DNA of 64,000 bases. It comes from Cyanobacteria bacterium P01_A01_bin.123. Lineage in GTDB: Bacteria > Cyanobacteriota > Cyanobacteriia > Phormidesmidales > Phormidesmidaceae. The DNA lies in contig JBCBZT010000016.1 in the NCBI GenBank assembly GCA_039815185.1, positions 32,001 through 96,000 of the forward strand, written 5' to 3'. A program made the position numbers and the translations under genes. Numbering within the stretch: position 1 is the first letter of the stretch; every line of letters begins with the position of its first letter. Of this stretch, positions 39,054 to 50,079 are shown in pieces. The notes beneath the pieces are model-generated. The model had not been told where the DNA came from. It searched no databases and saw only the letters and a program-made list of their open reading frames with translations.

Positions 39054-39824
39054 ATCGGTTTCCTTTGAAATCGGGTTGGCATGCTAAGCGATCACCAAAC
39101 GGTATCGCACACTTCAATTTTGACGAGTTTTTTCGACCTCCACCGGAATCTTCTACGAAGTTTCACAGTGAGAGATGCAGATTCTAGATCTGCCATTCAA
39201 CTTCAAAGGACTTTAGCTTTGTTCACAAAGTCAAGTGTGCATGAATTATGTTCTAGGCATTCCCAGGCAATCCGTGATAGATAGTAATGCCTGCTGAACA
39301 ATTTAGAGGCCATAGAAGAGTCCGTAGCGTCCACAAGGGGCAGCGCCAACGTTACAAAAGTAAATGCTGGTGGGTGCGTTTGGGGCATTCCAAAACCGCT
39401 ATTTGCAAACTTTTATATCTAGCTCTGGCTATCTAAGATTTCGTTGAAACCCTTGTACCTCAAGGGAGCGCAATAAGTTTTAGAGGCAAAATAGTCCATC
39501 GCTGTCCCGTGAGCTGATCTGACAATTTCCTTAAGCACGCCTGCGATATGAATTTCTTGTTAGAAAATCTGCTTACCCCAGAACTGCTCACTGATTTGGC
39601 CCACTGATTTGACTTCATCAACAAGTCTTAAGTAGTTCCGATTTGGGATCTAAATGGCGACTTGCAGAAACGCCACAATTTTGGACTTGTTCTAAACCTT
39701 GGCCACATTCAGAGCCATGGTTGTTTGTTTAGGGCGCAGGTTTTGCACCCTACTCAAGTTTTCACATCGGATGGGGTTTAGCTTTGCATCCCTTTTCTCT
39801 GCTGTTATTGATCTCGGCAATTCA

Positions 39825-42800
39825 ATGAATAACTACTCACTGCCCCAAAAACAAGGTTTATACGATCCACAGTTTGAGCATGATGCTTGCGGTGTCGGTT
39901 TTGTCGTCCATATGAAGGGAAATCCCTCCCATGACATCGTTGCCCAAGGATTGACCATTCTCCTGAACCTGGATCACCGAGGGGCAGTCGGGGCCGAACC
40001 TAATACTGGGGATGGTGCCGGTATTTTGATACAGCTCCCCCACAAGTTTTTGAAAAAAGTGGCTCTGGCGGACGGCATCACCTTACCCGAACCCGGTTAT
40101 TACGGTGTCGGGATGGTGTATTCATCCCCCGATGCTGATGCTCGTGCCCAAGGTCGCCAAGTTTTTGAAACCTTAGCGGTAGAGGAAGGCATGCAGGTCT
40201 TAGGCTGGCGCGATGTGCCGACCAACGATGCCCCCCTCGGAGAAACCGCCAAGGCCAGTGAACCGTTTATGGCTCAAGTGTTTATCCAAAGACCCGACGG
40301 GTTAGAAGATGATTGGGCCTTTGAACGCAAGCTATATGTACTGCGTAAGCGCTCCCATGGGGCAGTCCGCGAATCCAAAGTGGATCCCTACTGGTATCCT
40401 TCCACGATTTCCTGCCGCAAGATTGTCTACAAAGGCATGTTGATGCCGGCTCAGGTAGGTCAGTATTATCCTGACCTCAGCGATCCCGACATGGAAAGCG
40501 CCTTAGCGCTGGTGCATTCTCGATTCAGCACCAATACCTTTCCTAGCTGGGAGCGATCGCACCCCTATCGCTACATTGCTCACAATGGCGAGATCAACAC
40601 CCTGCGCGGCAACATCAACTGGATGCATGCCCGTCAGTCGATGTTTGAGTCTGAACTGTTTGGCGATGACTTAAAACGAGCCCAGCCCATTATCAATATT
40701 GAAGGCAGCGACTCTACCATTTTTGATAACACGTTGGAGTTGTTGGCCCTGGCCGGACGCTCCTTGCCCCATGCGGTGATGATGATGATCCCAGAACCGT
40801 GGGCGGCCCATGAGTCTATGAGTCCGGAGAAGAAAGCCTTCTATGAATATCACGCTTGTTTGATGGAACCGTGGGACGGCCCCGCTTCCATTGCGTTCAC
40901 CGATGGCAACGTGATGGGTGCCGTACTCGATCGCAACGGTTTACGGCCTTCCCGCTACTACGTCACGAAAGACGACTTGGTGATCATGGCGTCCGAAGCT
41001 GGGGTTCTCCCCATTGAACCCGAGCGAATTGCCCACAAGGGACGGCTCGAACCGGGGCGGATGTTCTTGGTAGACATGAGTCAGGGGCGCATCATTGCCG
41101 ACGAAGAAATCAAGCAGCAGATCGTGACTGCTCGTCCCTATCGCCAGTGGCTTGACCAATATTTAGTGGAGCTTGCCGAGTTGGCAACCGTTCCAGAAGC
41201 CCCTGCTCCTGCGGCTTCTGAAGCACCGCTCCTGACCCGCCAAACCGCCTTTGGCTATACCTTTGAGGAATTGCGGCTGTTGCTCACCCCCATGGCCCAA
41301 AACGGGGTCGAGGCAATTGGAGCCATGGGCACCGATACCCCCCTGGCAGTGTTGTCCAATCGGCCCAAGCTGCTCTACGAATATTTTAAGCAGCTGTTTG
41401 CCCAGGTGACCAATCCCCCGATTGACTCGATTCGGGAAGCCATTATTACGTCGCCAACCACCACGATTGGTTCAGAGCGCAATTTGCTTCAGCCCGAACC
41501 CGAAAGCTGTCGCTTAATCAAGCTCAAAACGCCGATTCTCACTAATGCTGAATTGGCTAAGCTGAAGCACGGTGCGGGTGATTTTAAGGCCGCTACCCTC
41601 TCAACCCTGTTTGATCCCAACCACGGAGAAGCCGGCATAGAAGCCGCGATCGCGTCTCTATGCCAAGCTGCCGACGCCGCGATCGCTGACGGCACCCATA
41701 TTCTCATTCTTTCTGACCGGGGCTTAGATCAGGATCATGCGGCGCTCCCGGCCCTACTCGCCGTTGCCGGACTGCACCACCACCTGATTCGCAACGGCAC
41801 CCGCACCCGCGTGGGATTAGTTCTGGAGTCTGGGGAACCCCGAGAAGTGCATCACTGTGCGGTGCTGATTGGTTATGGCTGCGGCGCGATCAACCCCTAC
41901 CTGGTGTTTGAAACCATCCAGGACATGATTACTGAGGGGCGTTTGCTCAATATCGACTATGTCACGGCCTGCAAGAACTACGTCAAAGCCGTCACCAAAG
42001 GGGTAATCAAAATTGGCTCGAAGATCGGCATCTCGACGATTCAGAGCTATCGCGGGGCGCAAATCTTTGAAGCCATTGGTCTCGATCAGTCGGTGGTCGA
42101 CAAATATTTCACCTGGACAGCGTCGCGCATCCAAGGGTCTAGCCTGGCCGTGATTGCCCAAGAAACCATCCTGCGCCATCGCCATGCCTTCCGCGATCGC
42201 GACATTAGCGAACCCCAAACCCTAGATGTGGGCGGCGAATATCAGTGGCGCAAAGACGGTGAAGCTCACCTACTGAGCCCCACCGCCATTCACAACCTGC
42301 AAAAGGCCGTCCGGGAAGGCAACTACGAACTCTATAAAACCTACGCCGCCGAAGTCAACGACCAGGGTAAAGCCTTCTTCCGCCTGCGCGATCTGCTGGA
42401 ATTCAAACAGCGTGATCCCATTCCGCTAGACGAGGTGGAACCCGTGGAGGCGATCATGAAGCGCTTCAAGACCGGGGCAATGAGCTACGGCTCCATTTCT
42501 AAAGAGGCCCACGAATCCCTCGCGATCGCCATGAACCGCATCGGCGGTCGATCCAATACCGGAGAAGGGGGAGAAGATCCCGAACGCTACACCTGGACCA
42601 ATGAAAAAGGCGACTCTAAAAACAGCGCCATCAAGCAAGTCGCCTCGGGACGGTTCGGCGTGACCAGCCTTTATCTCTCCCAGGCGAAGGAACTGCAAAT
42701 CAAAATGGCCCAGGGGGCAAAACCGGGCGAAGGCGGTCAACTGCCAGGGCGTAAGGTGTACCCCTGGATTGCCAAGGTACGTCACTCGACGCCAGGCGTG

Positions 42801-44420
42801 GGACTCATCTCCCCGCCGCCCCACCACGACATCTATTCCATTGAAGACCTGGCAGAGCTGATCCACGACTTGAAGAACGCTAACCGCGAGGCCCGCGTCA
42901 GCGTCAAGCTAGTGTCTGAGGTCGGCGTCGGCACCATTGCTGCTGGGGTGGCCAAGGCCCATGCTGATGTCGTGCTAATTTCCGGATTTGACGGCGGTAC
43001 CGGAGCCTCTCCCCAAACCTCCATCAAACACGCGGGTTTGCCGTGGGAACTGGGGCTAGCCGAAACCCACCAGACGCTAGTGTTGAACAACCTGCGTAGC
43101 CGCATCGCTGTAGAAACCGACGGCCAAATGAAGACCGGACGCGATGTGGCGATCGCCACCCTGCTCGGAGCCGAAGAATATGGTTTCTCGACTGCGCCCC
43201 TGGTCAGCCTGGGCTGCATCATGATGCGGGTCTGCCACATGAATACCTGCCCCGTCGGCGTTGCCACCCAAAACCCCGATCTGCGCAAACACTTCATGGG
43301 CGACCCCGACTACGTCGTCAACTTCATGACCTTTATCGCCCAAGAAATGCGGGAGTGGATGGCCCAACTGGGCTTCCGCAGCGTCAATGAAATGGTGGGG
43401 CGCACCGATGTACTCGAACCCAAAACTGCCATTGACCACTGGAAAGCCAAAGGCGTGGATCTATCCGCCATTCTCTATCAGCCGAAAGTGGGTCCAGAGG
43501 TGGGACGCTACTGCCAGATTCCCCAAAATCATGGCCTCGACAAGTCCCTGGATATCACCACCCTGCTCGATCTCTGCCAACCCGCTATCGAACGGGGCGA
43601 AAAGGTCAGCGCTACCCTGCCCATCCGCAACACCAACCGCGTCGTCGGCACTATTTTGGGTAACGAAATTTCCAAACGTCATTGGGAAGGGCTCCCGGAA
43701 GATACCGTCCACCTGCACTTCCAGGGCAGTGCTGGGCAAAGCTTTGGGGCATTTGTCCCTAAAGGTGTCACCCTAGAACTTGAAGGCGACGCCAACGATT
43801 ATTTGGGTAAGGGCTTCAGCGGTGGCAAGCTGCTGCTTTATCCCGACAAAGCCGCAACTTTTGTGCCCGAAGAGAATATCATCGCTGGGAATGTTGCTTT
43901 CTATGGGGCGACCGGGGGCGAAGCATACATTCGCGGGATTGCCGGGGAACGGTTCTGCGTACGTAATTCCGGGGTCCACGCGGTGGTAGAAGCAGTGGGC
44001 GATCACGGCTGTGAGTATATGACCGGCGGCAAAGTCGTCATTCTGGGCAAAACCGGGCGCAACTTTGCGGCAGGCATGAGCGGTGGCGTGGCCTACGTGT
44101 TAGACGAGTCCGGTGACTTTGCCACTCGTTGCAACACCGAAATGGTAGATCTCGAATCTCTGGTTGATCCAGAAGAGATCCGCGAGGTGCGCGAGATGAT
44201 TGAAAAGCATCATCACTACACCGGCAGCACCCAAGCCAAGCAGGTGTTAGCTGCTTGGGAAACCACCTTGCCGAAGTTTGTCAGAGTCATGCCCCGCGAC
44301 TATAAGCGGGTGTTGCAGCACATCCAAAAAGCGATCGCAGCTGGACTCAACGGCGACGATGCCCTCTCTGCGGCGTTTGAAGAAAACGCCCGCGACATCG
44401 CCCGCATCAGCGGTAGTTGA
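39825..44420 (+). CDS. gltB: Glutamate synthase large subunit
   Basis: EHDACGVG (N-terminal Cys of the amidotransferase domain), [37 protein letters not shown] domain; start placed at MNNYSLP. Confidence 0.96.
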   Translation: MNNYSLPQKQGLYDPQFEHDACGVGFVVHMKGNPSHDIVAQGLTILLNLDHRGAVGAEPNTGDGAGILIQLPHKFLKKVALADGITLPEPGYYGVGMVYSSPDADARAQGRQVFETLAVEEGMQVLGWRDVPTNDAPLGETAKASEPFMAQVFIQRPDGLEDDWAFERKLYVLRKRSHGAVRESKVDPYWYPSTISCRKIVYKGMLMPAQVGQYYPDLSDPDMESALALVHSRFSTNTFPSWERSHPYRYIAHNGEINTLRGNINWMHARQSMFESELFGDDLKRAQPIINIEGSDSTIFDNTLELLALAGRSLPHAVMMMIPEPWAAHESMSPEKKAFYEYHACLMEPWDGPASIAFTDGNVMGAVLDRNGLRPSRYYVTKDDLVIMASEAGVLPIEPERIAHKGRLEPGRMFLVDMSQGRIIADEEIKQQIVTARPYRQWLDQYLVELAELATVPEAPAPAASEAPLLTRQTAFGYTFEELRLLLTPMAQNGVEAIGAMGTDTPLAVLSNRPKLLYEYFKQLFAQVTNPPIDSIREAIITSPTTTIGSERNLLQPEPESCRLIKLKTPILTNAELAKLKHGAGDFKAATLSTLFDPNHGEAGIEAAIASLCQAADAAIADGTHILILSDRGLDQDHAALPALLAVAGLHHHLIRNGTRTRVGLVLESGEPREVHHCAVLIGYGCGAINPYLVFETIQDMITEGRLLNIDYVTACKNYVKAVTKGVIKIGSKIGISTIQSYRGAQIFEAIGLDQSVVDKYFTWTASRIQGSSLAVIAQETILRHRHAFRDRDISEPQTLDVGGEYQWRKDGEAHLLSPTAIHNLQKAVREGNYELYKTYAAEVNDQGKAFFRLRDLLEFKQRDPIPLDEVEPVEAIMKRFKTGAMSYGSISKEAHESLAIAMNRIGGRSNTGEGGEDPERYTWTNEKGDSKNSAIKQVASGRFGVTSLYLSQAKELQIKMAQGAKPGEGGQLPGRKVYPWIAKVRHSTPGVGLISPPPHHDIYSIEDLAELIHDLKNANREARVSVKLVSEVGVGTIAAGVAKAHADVVLISGFDGGTGASPQTSIKHAGLPWELGLAETHQTLVLNNLRSRIAVETDGQMKTGRDVAIATLLGAEEYGFSTAPLVSLGCIMMRVCHMNTCPVGVATQNPDLRKHFMGDPDYVVNFMTFIAQEMREWMAQLGFRSVNEMVGRTDVLEPKTAIDHWKAKGVDLSAILYQPKVGPEVGRYCQIPQNHGLDKSLDITTLLDLCQPAIERGEKVSATLPIRNTNRVVGTILGNEISKRHWEGLPEDTVHLHFQGSAGQSFGAFVPKGVTLELEGDANDYLGKGFSGGKLLLYPDKAATFVPEENIIAGNVAFYGATGGEAYIRGIAGERFCVRNSGVHAVVEAVGDHGCEYMTGGKVVILGKTGRNFAAGMSGGVAYVLDESGDFATRCNTEMVDLESLVDPEEIREVREMIEKHHHYTGSTQAKQVLAAWETTLPKFVRVMPRDYKRVLQHIQKAIAAGLNGDDALSAAFEENARDIARISGS

Positions 44421-44421
44421 C

Positions 44422-44475
44422 CCGATCCCCCCGGCTACGCTACCCCCCTTATTAAGGGGGGCAGGGGGGGATCGG
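44422..44475. repeat. Palindromic small dispersed repeat, copy 1
   Basis: CCGATCCCCCC..CCCCCCTTATTAAGGGGGG..GGGGGGATCGG; similar copy at 51506. Confidence 0.75.
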
Positions 44476-44561
44476 CTGGGTGTCGCCAATGATCAAATTT
44501 TTAACTCGCGTAACCCGCAACCAAACTCGCCTGAACATCACCCCTCACTAAGGACATCACC

Positions 44562-46046
44562 ATGGGAAAACCCACTGGATTTATGGAATATTTGCGGGAG
44601 GTCGCCTCAGAGGTCTCCCCGGTCGATCGGATTCGCAACTGGGATGAATTTCATCTGCCCATGCCGGATGAAAATCTGCAAACCCAGGGTGCTCGCTGTA
44701 TGGATTGCGGCACGCCCTTTTGCCACACAGGCATGGAGATTAACCGTGCTGCCAGCGGTTGCCCGATTAACAACCTGATTCCCGAGTGGAACGATTTGAT
44801 CTATCGGGGTCGCTGGCAAGAAGCCCTCGATCGCCTCCACAAAACCAACAACTTTCCCGAATTTACCGGGCGAGTTTGTCCTGCACCTTGTGAAGGGGCT
44901 TGCGTACTGGGCATTACCAGCCCACCCGTGACCATTAAAAACATTGAGTATTCCATCGCTGAAAAGGGTTGGGAATCGGGCTGGATCACCCCTAATCCCC
45001 CCAAGCAGCGCACAGGCAAGAAAGTGGCTGTAATTGGCTCTGGCCCCGCCGGACTCGCCGCCGCTGCCCAACTCAACAGTGCGGGCCACTGGGTCACCGT
45101 TTACGAACGTGCCGATCGCCCCGGTGGTTTGTTGATGTACGGCATCCCCAACATGAAGCTGGAGAAGCAGAAAGTCGTCATGCGTCGTTTGGACGTGCTG
45201 GAAGCCGAAGGCGTCACCTTTGTCTGCAACACCGAAATTGGCAAAGATCTACCCGCTGAGCAACTGGTGAAAGACTACGATGCTGTCTTGCTCTGCACGG
45301 GCTCTACTCGTCCTCGGGATTTGCCGATCGAAGGCCGAGACCTCAAGGGCATCCATTTTGCGATGGAGTTTCTCAAGGCCAATACCCAAGCCGTCATTGA
45401 TCAGACTCCTGGTCGCGATTACATTTCTGCTGCGAGTAAAGATGTGGTGATTATTGGTGGGGGTGATACCGGTACAGACTGTGTTGGCACCTCCATCCGC
45501 CACGGCTGCCAGAGTCTGACCCAGCTCGAAATCATGCCCAAGCCACCCGCCGCGCGCGCGGCCAGCAACCCCTGGCCAGAGTGGCCCAAAATCTACCGCA
45601 TGGACTACGGCCAAGAGGAAGCCGAGGCCATGTTTGGCAATGATCCCCGCGTGTATACCACCACCGCAACCCGGTTTGAAGGGGACGCGCAAGGCCAGGT
45701 TAAAGCCGTTCATACGGTTCAGGTCGAATGGCTGCGGGACGAAAATGGGCGATTTACACCAACGCCTGTTCAAGGCACAGAGAAGGTAATTCCAGCCCAG
45801 CTGGTGCTGTTGGCGATGGGCTTCTTAGGCCCAGAACAGCCGTTGCTTGATGCGTTGGGTCTAGAGCGCGATGGTCGCAGCAATGTGAAGGCTGAGCATG
45901 AGCAATACACCACGAGTATTCCTGGGGTGTTTGCGGCGGGTGATTGCCGCCGGGGACAGAGTTTGGTGGTGTGGGCTTTTAATGAGGGGCGCGGTGCAGC
46001 GCGTGAATGCGATCGCTATTTGATGGGGGCAACTGAGCTACCCTAG
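44562..46046 (+). CDS. gltD: Glutamate synthase small subunit
   Basis: [37 protein letters not shown]. Confidence 0.95.
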   Translation: MGKPTGFMEYLREVASEVSPVDRIRNWDEFHLPMPDENLQTQGARCMDCGTPFCHTGMEINRAASGCPINNLIPEWNDLIYRGRWQEALDRLHKTNNFPEFTGRVCPAPCEGACVLGITSPPVTIKNIEYSIAEKGWESGWITPNPPKQRTGKKVAVIGSGPAGLAAAAQLNSAGHWVTVYERADRPGGLLMYGIPNMKLEKQKVVMRRLDVLEAEGVTFVCNTEIGKDLPAEQLVKDYDAVLLCTGSTRPRDLPIEGRDLKGIHFAMEFLKANTQAVIDQTPGRDYISAASKDVVIIGGGDTGTDCVGTSIRHGCQSLTQLEIMPKPPAARAASNPWPEWPKIYRMDYGQEEAEAMFGNDPRVYTTTATRFEGDAQGQVKAVHTVQVEWLRDENGRFTPTPVQGTEKVIPAQLVLLAMGFLGPEQPLLDALGLERDGRSNVKAEHEQYTTSIPGVFAAGDCRRGQSLVVWAFNEGRGAARECDRYLMGATELP

Positions 46047-46117
46047 ACAACAGCAAGCGATTGCGCTGACAGTTCTTATTGATCAAATCCTGGTAGTCAG
46101 TCTTAGAGGGTAGCGGT

Positions 46118-46420
46118 GTGGCAACGGACATGCTCAAGCGTAGCGCTGTCTTAGCAGCGCTGCGTCAACTCAAGCCAATATTGGTTAAGGAGTACGGTGT
46201 TACTCGTTTAGGCATTTTTGGCTCGGTTGCCAGAGGCGAAGCGACCGAGAGCAGCGACGTGGATGTGGTGGTGGAGATGTCTCCTGATTTGTTCAGGATG
46301 GTGCATCTTAAAAGCTATCTTCAGGAAAGCCTCCAGATACCAGTTGATTTGGTGAGGTACCGCCCTGACATGAACAATTTCTTGAAACAGCGCATAGAAC
46401 AAGAAGCCATGTATGTCTGA
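46118..46420 (+). CDS. Minimal nucleotidyltransferase (MntA-type antitoxin)
   Basis: GIFGSVARGEATESSDVD (GSx10DxD), VDLV; 100 aa. Confidence 0.88.
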   Translation: MATDMLKRSAVLAALRQLKPILVKEYGVTRLGIFGSVARGEATESSDVDVVVEMSPDLFRMVHLKSYLQESLQIPVDLVRYRPDMNNFLKQRIEQEAMYV

Positions 46421-46484
46421 TTTAGCCCTGCTGCAAAAACTAGGATCCGCAGCGATCGCACTATTAGGGTTTAGGTTGGAATAG
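46413..46484 (+). pseudogene. Probable 5' stub of a HEPN/DUF86 toxin gene
   Basis: ATG overlaps the MNT 3' end (ATGTCTGA); reads MSDLALLQKL, crosses a HIP1 site and stops after 23 codons. Confidence 0.45.
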
Positions 46485-46517
46485 TCAACTCAGGATTGGA
46501 TATCAACGGTAAATGGT

Positions 46518-46546
46518 GTTGGGTTTTATGCTTCGACCTAACCTAC
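46518..46546 (-). repeat. GTAG-type REP-like sequence
   Basis: Minus strand GTAGGTTAGGTCGAAGCATAAAACCCAAC; degenerate partner TTAGGTTGG at 46471. Confidence 0.45.
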
Positions 46547-46599
46547 AAGATCAGGCGATCGCACTGTCTTAATAGTTAAGATGATCAAAAAGGGGACTC

Positions 46600-47346
46600 T
46601 TGATGAAGCTTTGTATTGCTCAGACTTTGTCAAAAAAAGGTGACATTGAAGCAAATTTGGAAAATCACCTTAAGTTGATTGATTTGGCAATTTCTTGTGA
46701 ATCTGATTTGGTTATTTTCCCGGAGCTGTCGTTGACCAATTATGAGCCAGAGCTTGCCAAAGAATTAGCCACTCATATCGATGACCCTAGATTAGATGTC
46801 TTACAGAATATTTCGGATATAAATTGTCTTACGATCGGAGTTGGGATACCCATAGTCAATGACGCGGGTATCTCTATTTCAATGATTGTTTTCCAGCCAA
46901 ATAAACCTCGTGGAATATACTCGAAAAAGTACTTGCATTCAGACGAAGAAGAATTTTTCATCAGTGGAAATAGTAGTCTAGAAATTCTTGAGTCAGAACA
47001 CAATGTTGGTTTGGCTATTTGTTACGAGCTATCCGTTCCAGTTCATGCTGACGCTGCTTATCAGAAAGGTGCAGACATCTATTTTGCCAGTGTAGCGAAG
47101 ACGCCAAATGGGGTGGAGGATTCTATGACAAAGCTTTCGGGAATAGCAAGGAATTTTTCTATGGTTGTTCTTATGTCTAACTGCGTAGGTGAGTGTGAGG
47201 GAACCGAGGCCGGTGGAAGGTCGTCCATTTTCAGTCGTGCCGGAGAGCTAGTTGCCCAACTCGATGATAAGAATGAAGGTATATTGGTCTATGATACGGT
47301 TGCGGGCTCAGTTGTTAAGAAACAAGTGGCGCGAGCACAACGTTAA
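46600..47346 (+). CDS. Carbon-nitrogen hydrolase (nitrilase superfamily)
   Basis: E-K-C triad in FPELSL, YSKKYL, ICYE. Confidence 0.88.
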   Translation: MMKLCIAQTLSKKGDIEANLENHLKLIDLAISCESDLVIFPELSLTNYEPELAKELATHIDDPRLDVLQNISDINCLTIGVGIPIVNDAGISISMIVFQPNKPRGIYSKKYLHSDEEEFFISGNSSLEILESEHNVGLAICYELSVPVHADAAYQKGADIYFASVAKTPNGVEDSMTKLSGIARNFSMVVLMSNCVGECEGTEAGGRSSIFSRAGELVAQLDDKNEGILVYDTVAGSVVKKQVARAQR

Positions 47347-47363
47347 TTTGACCCGACCGCCCA

Positions 47364-48110
47364 TTAAACAAGGCTCTGTATACACTCAAAATCAGTCTGC
47401 TCTAAGGGCAATGTAGGTTGCTGACGATAATCAACCGTCAGATCTAGAGCTGCTGATTGATACACAACTTGAATCAATTCATTGAGATCAATCGCAGGTT
47501 CTTGAACACCCGATCGGAGTGGAATTTCAAAACAGGGCGACGGGTCACACAGATTAAAAGGATAAAGTTGCGCAATCGGGCGTTGTTCAACCCGACTGAC
47601 AAGCACCCAGTAATCCGAAGTCTTACCATAGTTTATCGGCAGCGGTTCTCCACCGCGCAACAAATCAATTTCGACTAAATGGCTCTGACTACTGAGAACT
47701 TTAGTGCGTTTACTGAGATATTGATTACGGCCTTCTCCTGAACGTTTGTTTTTCGGAAACAAAACCTCAATAACAGTGACCACTTCTCCAGTAGCAATTG
47801 CTCGGATTTCCAAGTAGCGTTCGACCGTTGCAGCCAATTCTGGCAATTCAACCAGAACTGGCTGACTCAAAGTCACTGTCGATGTTTGGAGTTCAACCTG
47901 TGAAGCGGCCTGTTGTCGCACCACGGATACATCAGGTGCGTCTACTAAAACTGATTCCTCATATACTCGCTTTTCAACGGCTGCTCGATATTTGGGTGTA
48001 ATGTGTAAATTCAGCATTCTCGCCAATTCCACAATCAACCAAGCGTGAACCTCCGACCAAAGCGCGGGGGATTCTAGATAAGGGTTTATGCCAGGGAAAG
48101 GCGATCGCAT
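47364..48110 (-). CDS. DUF4058 family protein
   Basis: SPFPGINPYLE..LWSEVH, VIEVLFPKNK, HLVEIDLLRGG. Confidence 0.82.
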   Translation of the reverse strand: MRSPFPGINPYLESPALWSEVHAWLIVELARMLNLHITPKYRAAVEKRVYEESVLVDAPDVSVVRQQAASQVELQTSTVTLSQPVLVELPELAATVERYLEIRAIATGEVVTVIEVLFPKNKRSGEGRNQYLSKRTKVLSSQSHLVEIDLLRGGEPLPINYGKTSDYWVLVSRVEQRPIAQLYPFNLCDPSPCFEIPLRSGVQEPAIDLNELIQVVYQSAALDLTVDYRQQPTLPLEQTDFECIQSLV

Positions 48111-48178
48111 CAGTAGCCCTCACCCAAGAGGAATGCTCAGCTATCCACCATCGTAGCTGACAAGCCCAGGTGAAAAAC

Positions 48179-48580
48179 TCAACTAGCAATACGCCTTACT
48201 TTTCGGGTGCATCGACGAGACACCCAACCGCCACTGGTCAACTTTATCCAGCCATTGGCATAATCGCCGCTAGGACAAAATACCGTTTTGTTGGCCAAGC
48301 TAGACACAACGTCATATTTCAAGCCAGGGCCAGATCTAACTTTGAGTGAGCGACCATAGGTGGCGACTCGTAGCATTGGAGTATCTGCGATTGAGCCAAG
48401 ATCTGAAGACGCAGAGTTTGCTGTTCGAGGCGACTCGTATTGCACAGCGTATTGAAGTAGGGCGTAACTTTCCAAGGGAGACCTCCTGATTGAAGACCGT
48501 AAGGGGCAATGGGTCAACACATTAAAAAAGGCACAGTCAAACTGCGCCTTTCCATGTATTTCAAAACGTTCCACTATCAA
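48179..48580 (-). CDS. SH3b-domain protein, possibly a remnant
   Basis: C-terminal LKVRSGPG...NGWIKL..GGWVS; N-terminal part unconvincing, start uncertain. Confidence 0.5.
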   Translation of the reverse strand: MIVERFEIHGKAQFDCAFFNVLTHCPLRSSIRRSPLESYALLQYAVQYESPRTANSASSDLGSIADTPMLRVATYGRSLKVRSGPGLKYDVVSSLANKTVFCPSGDYANGWIKLTSGGWVSRRCTRKVRRIAS

Positions 48581-48635
48581 TCAGGATGAAGCTTAGATAA
48601 ACCCTAATGCGGGGTTAGCGGCTTCAAGTCACGTC

Positions 48636-49808
48636 TTAATATTCTGGTACGGAGGCATCGACTTCTCGGCTCCAAGCGGTAATGCCACCTTTGACATTGG
48701 TGCCTTCAATGCCCGACTGCTTGAGAATGGCCAAGGCCTTAGCCGAACGCCCACCCATCTTGCAGTGAGCGATCAGCTTATGGCCGTTGAGCACTTCTTT
48801 GACCTGTTCAACCCCATTGCCATTTTCGATATCGGGTAAAGGAATCAACACCGAACCGGGGATTTTGGCGATGTCGTATTCATTGGGGTTGCGCACATCC
48901 AATAACACATAGTCATCTGCACCACGATCGAGCAGGGCTTTTAGCTCTTGCACCGTCATTTCAGACAATTCAGCTTGTTGTTTGGCTTCTTCCATTTTGG
49001 CTTGGGGAATTCCACAAAAGACTTCGTAGTCGATCAGCTTTTCAATTACGGGACGTTCGGGGTTGGGGCGTAGCTTCAGCTCCCGGAAAGTCATATCTAA
49101 AGAGTTATACAGCAACAACCGCCCGTTCAGGGTTGTGCCTTCACCCAAAATGATTTTGACCGTTTCGGTTGCTTGAATCACGCCAATTAAACCGGGCAAA
49201 ATCCCTAGCACGCCCCCTTCTGCACAGGAGGGCACTAAACCCGGCGGCGGGGGCTCGGGATAGAGGTCTCGGTAATTGGGGCCACCTTCGTAATTAAATA
49301 CGGTTGCCTGGCCTTCAAAGCGATAAATAGAGCCATACACGTTGGGCTTATCAAGCAACACGCAGGCATCGTTGACCAGGTAGCGGGTAGGGAAGTTATC
49401 GGTGCCGTCCACAACGATGTCGTAGGGGCGCATAATATCCAGCGCGTTTTCTGAGCTGAGGCGAGTCTCGTAGAGGTCAACTTTGCAGTTGGGATTGATC
49501 TCCAAAATACGATTCTTCGCCGATTCAATTTTGGGTTTGCCCACCCAGGACGTCCCGTGGATCACCTGGCGCTGGAGGTTAGACTGATCGACCACATCGA
49601 AATCTACAATGCCGATGTGGCCAATGCCGGCAGCAGCCAGATACAGCAGTAAGGGAGAACCTAAGCCCCCAGTACCCACACACAGGACGCTGGCGGCTTT
49701 GAGTTTTTTCTGCCCATCTAAACCGACTTCGGGCAAAATCAGGTGGCGGGAGTAGCGTTCGTACTCCGCTTTGGTGAGTTGAATATCATCCAGATTGGGA
49801 TTGAGCAT
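48636..49808 (-). CDS. moeB: MoeB/MoeZ adenylyltransferase-sulfurtransferase with C-terminal rhodanese
   Basis: RYSRHL, GTGGLG, SNLQRQ, SCAEGGVLG, DVR..E, HCKMGGRS. Confidence 0.92.
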   Translation of the reverse strand: MLNPNLDDIQLTKAEYERYSRHLILPEVGLDGQKKLKAASVLCVGTGGLGSPLLLYLAAAGIGHIGIVDFDVVDQSNLQRQVIHGTSWVGKPKIESAKNRILEINPNCKVDLYETRLSSENALDIMRPYDIVVDGTDNFPTRYLVNDACVLLDKPNVYGSIYRFEGQATVFNYEGGPNYRDLYPEPPPPGLVPSCAEGGVLGILPGLIGVIQATETVKIILGEGTTLNGRLLLYNSLDMTFRELKLRPNPERPVIEKLIDYEVFCGIPQAKMEEAKQQAELSEMTVQELKALLDRGADDYVLLDVRNPNEYDIAKIPGSVLIPLPDIENGNGVEQVKEVLNGHKLIAHCKMGGRSAKALAILKQSGIEGTNVKGGITAWSREVDASVPEY

Positions 49809-50079
49809 GGCGATCGCTTGAGCGCTTGAGTATCAGTCAGATTGAGGGGTAAGGAAAGATGAAAACAGATTCTAAACCCTGACCACATCCGACCCAACAG
49901 TTTTACCTGGTCTAACAACTCAGGTTTTCAAATCGGACGTGGCTTATTATTATCACTCCATCATGGCATTCTCTATCATTTTTGTAGCAGGGGGCAATCG
50001 TAAGGATGACATCTGACAGCACAATTGAAGGCGCTGGGCGTTGAGCCTAAGGCATAGTGGGGATGATTAGCTTACTGCG

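Noticed and set aside
39054..39824. Glutamine riboswitch or NtcA box upstream of gltB; 42-aa extension of GltB; short ORFs
   Set aside because: No glnA-motif core or GTA-N8-TAC found by eye; the extension does not look like GltB
41817..45773. Many antisense or alternative-frame ORFs in gltB-gltD, including 44278-44778
   Set aside because: Expected shadows of GC-rich coding sequence; 44278-44778 merely reads through the repeat
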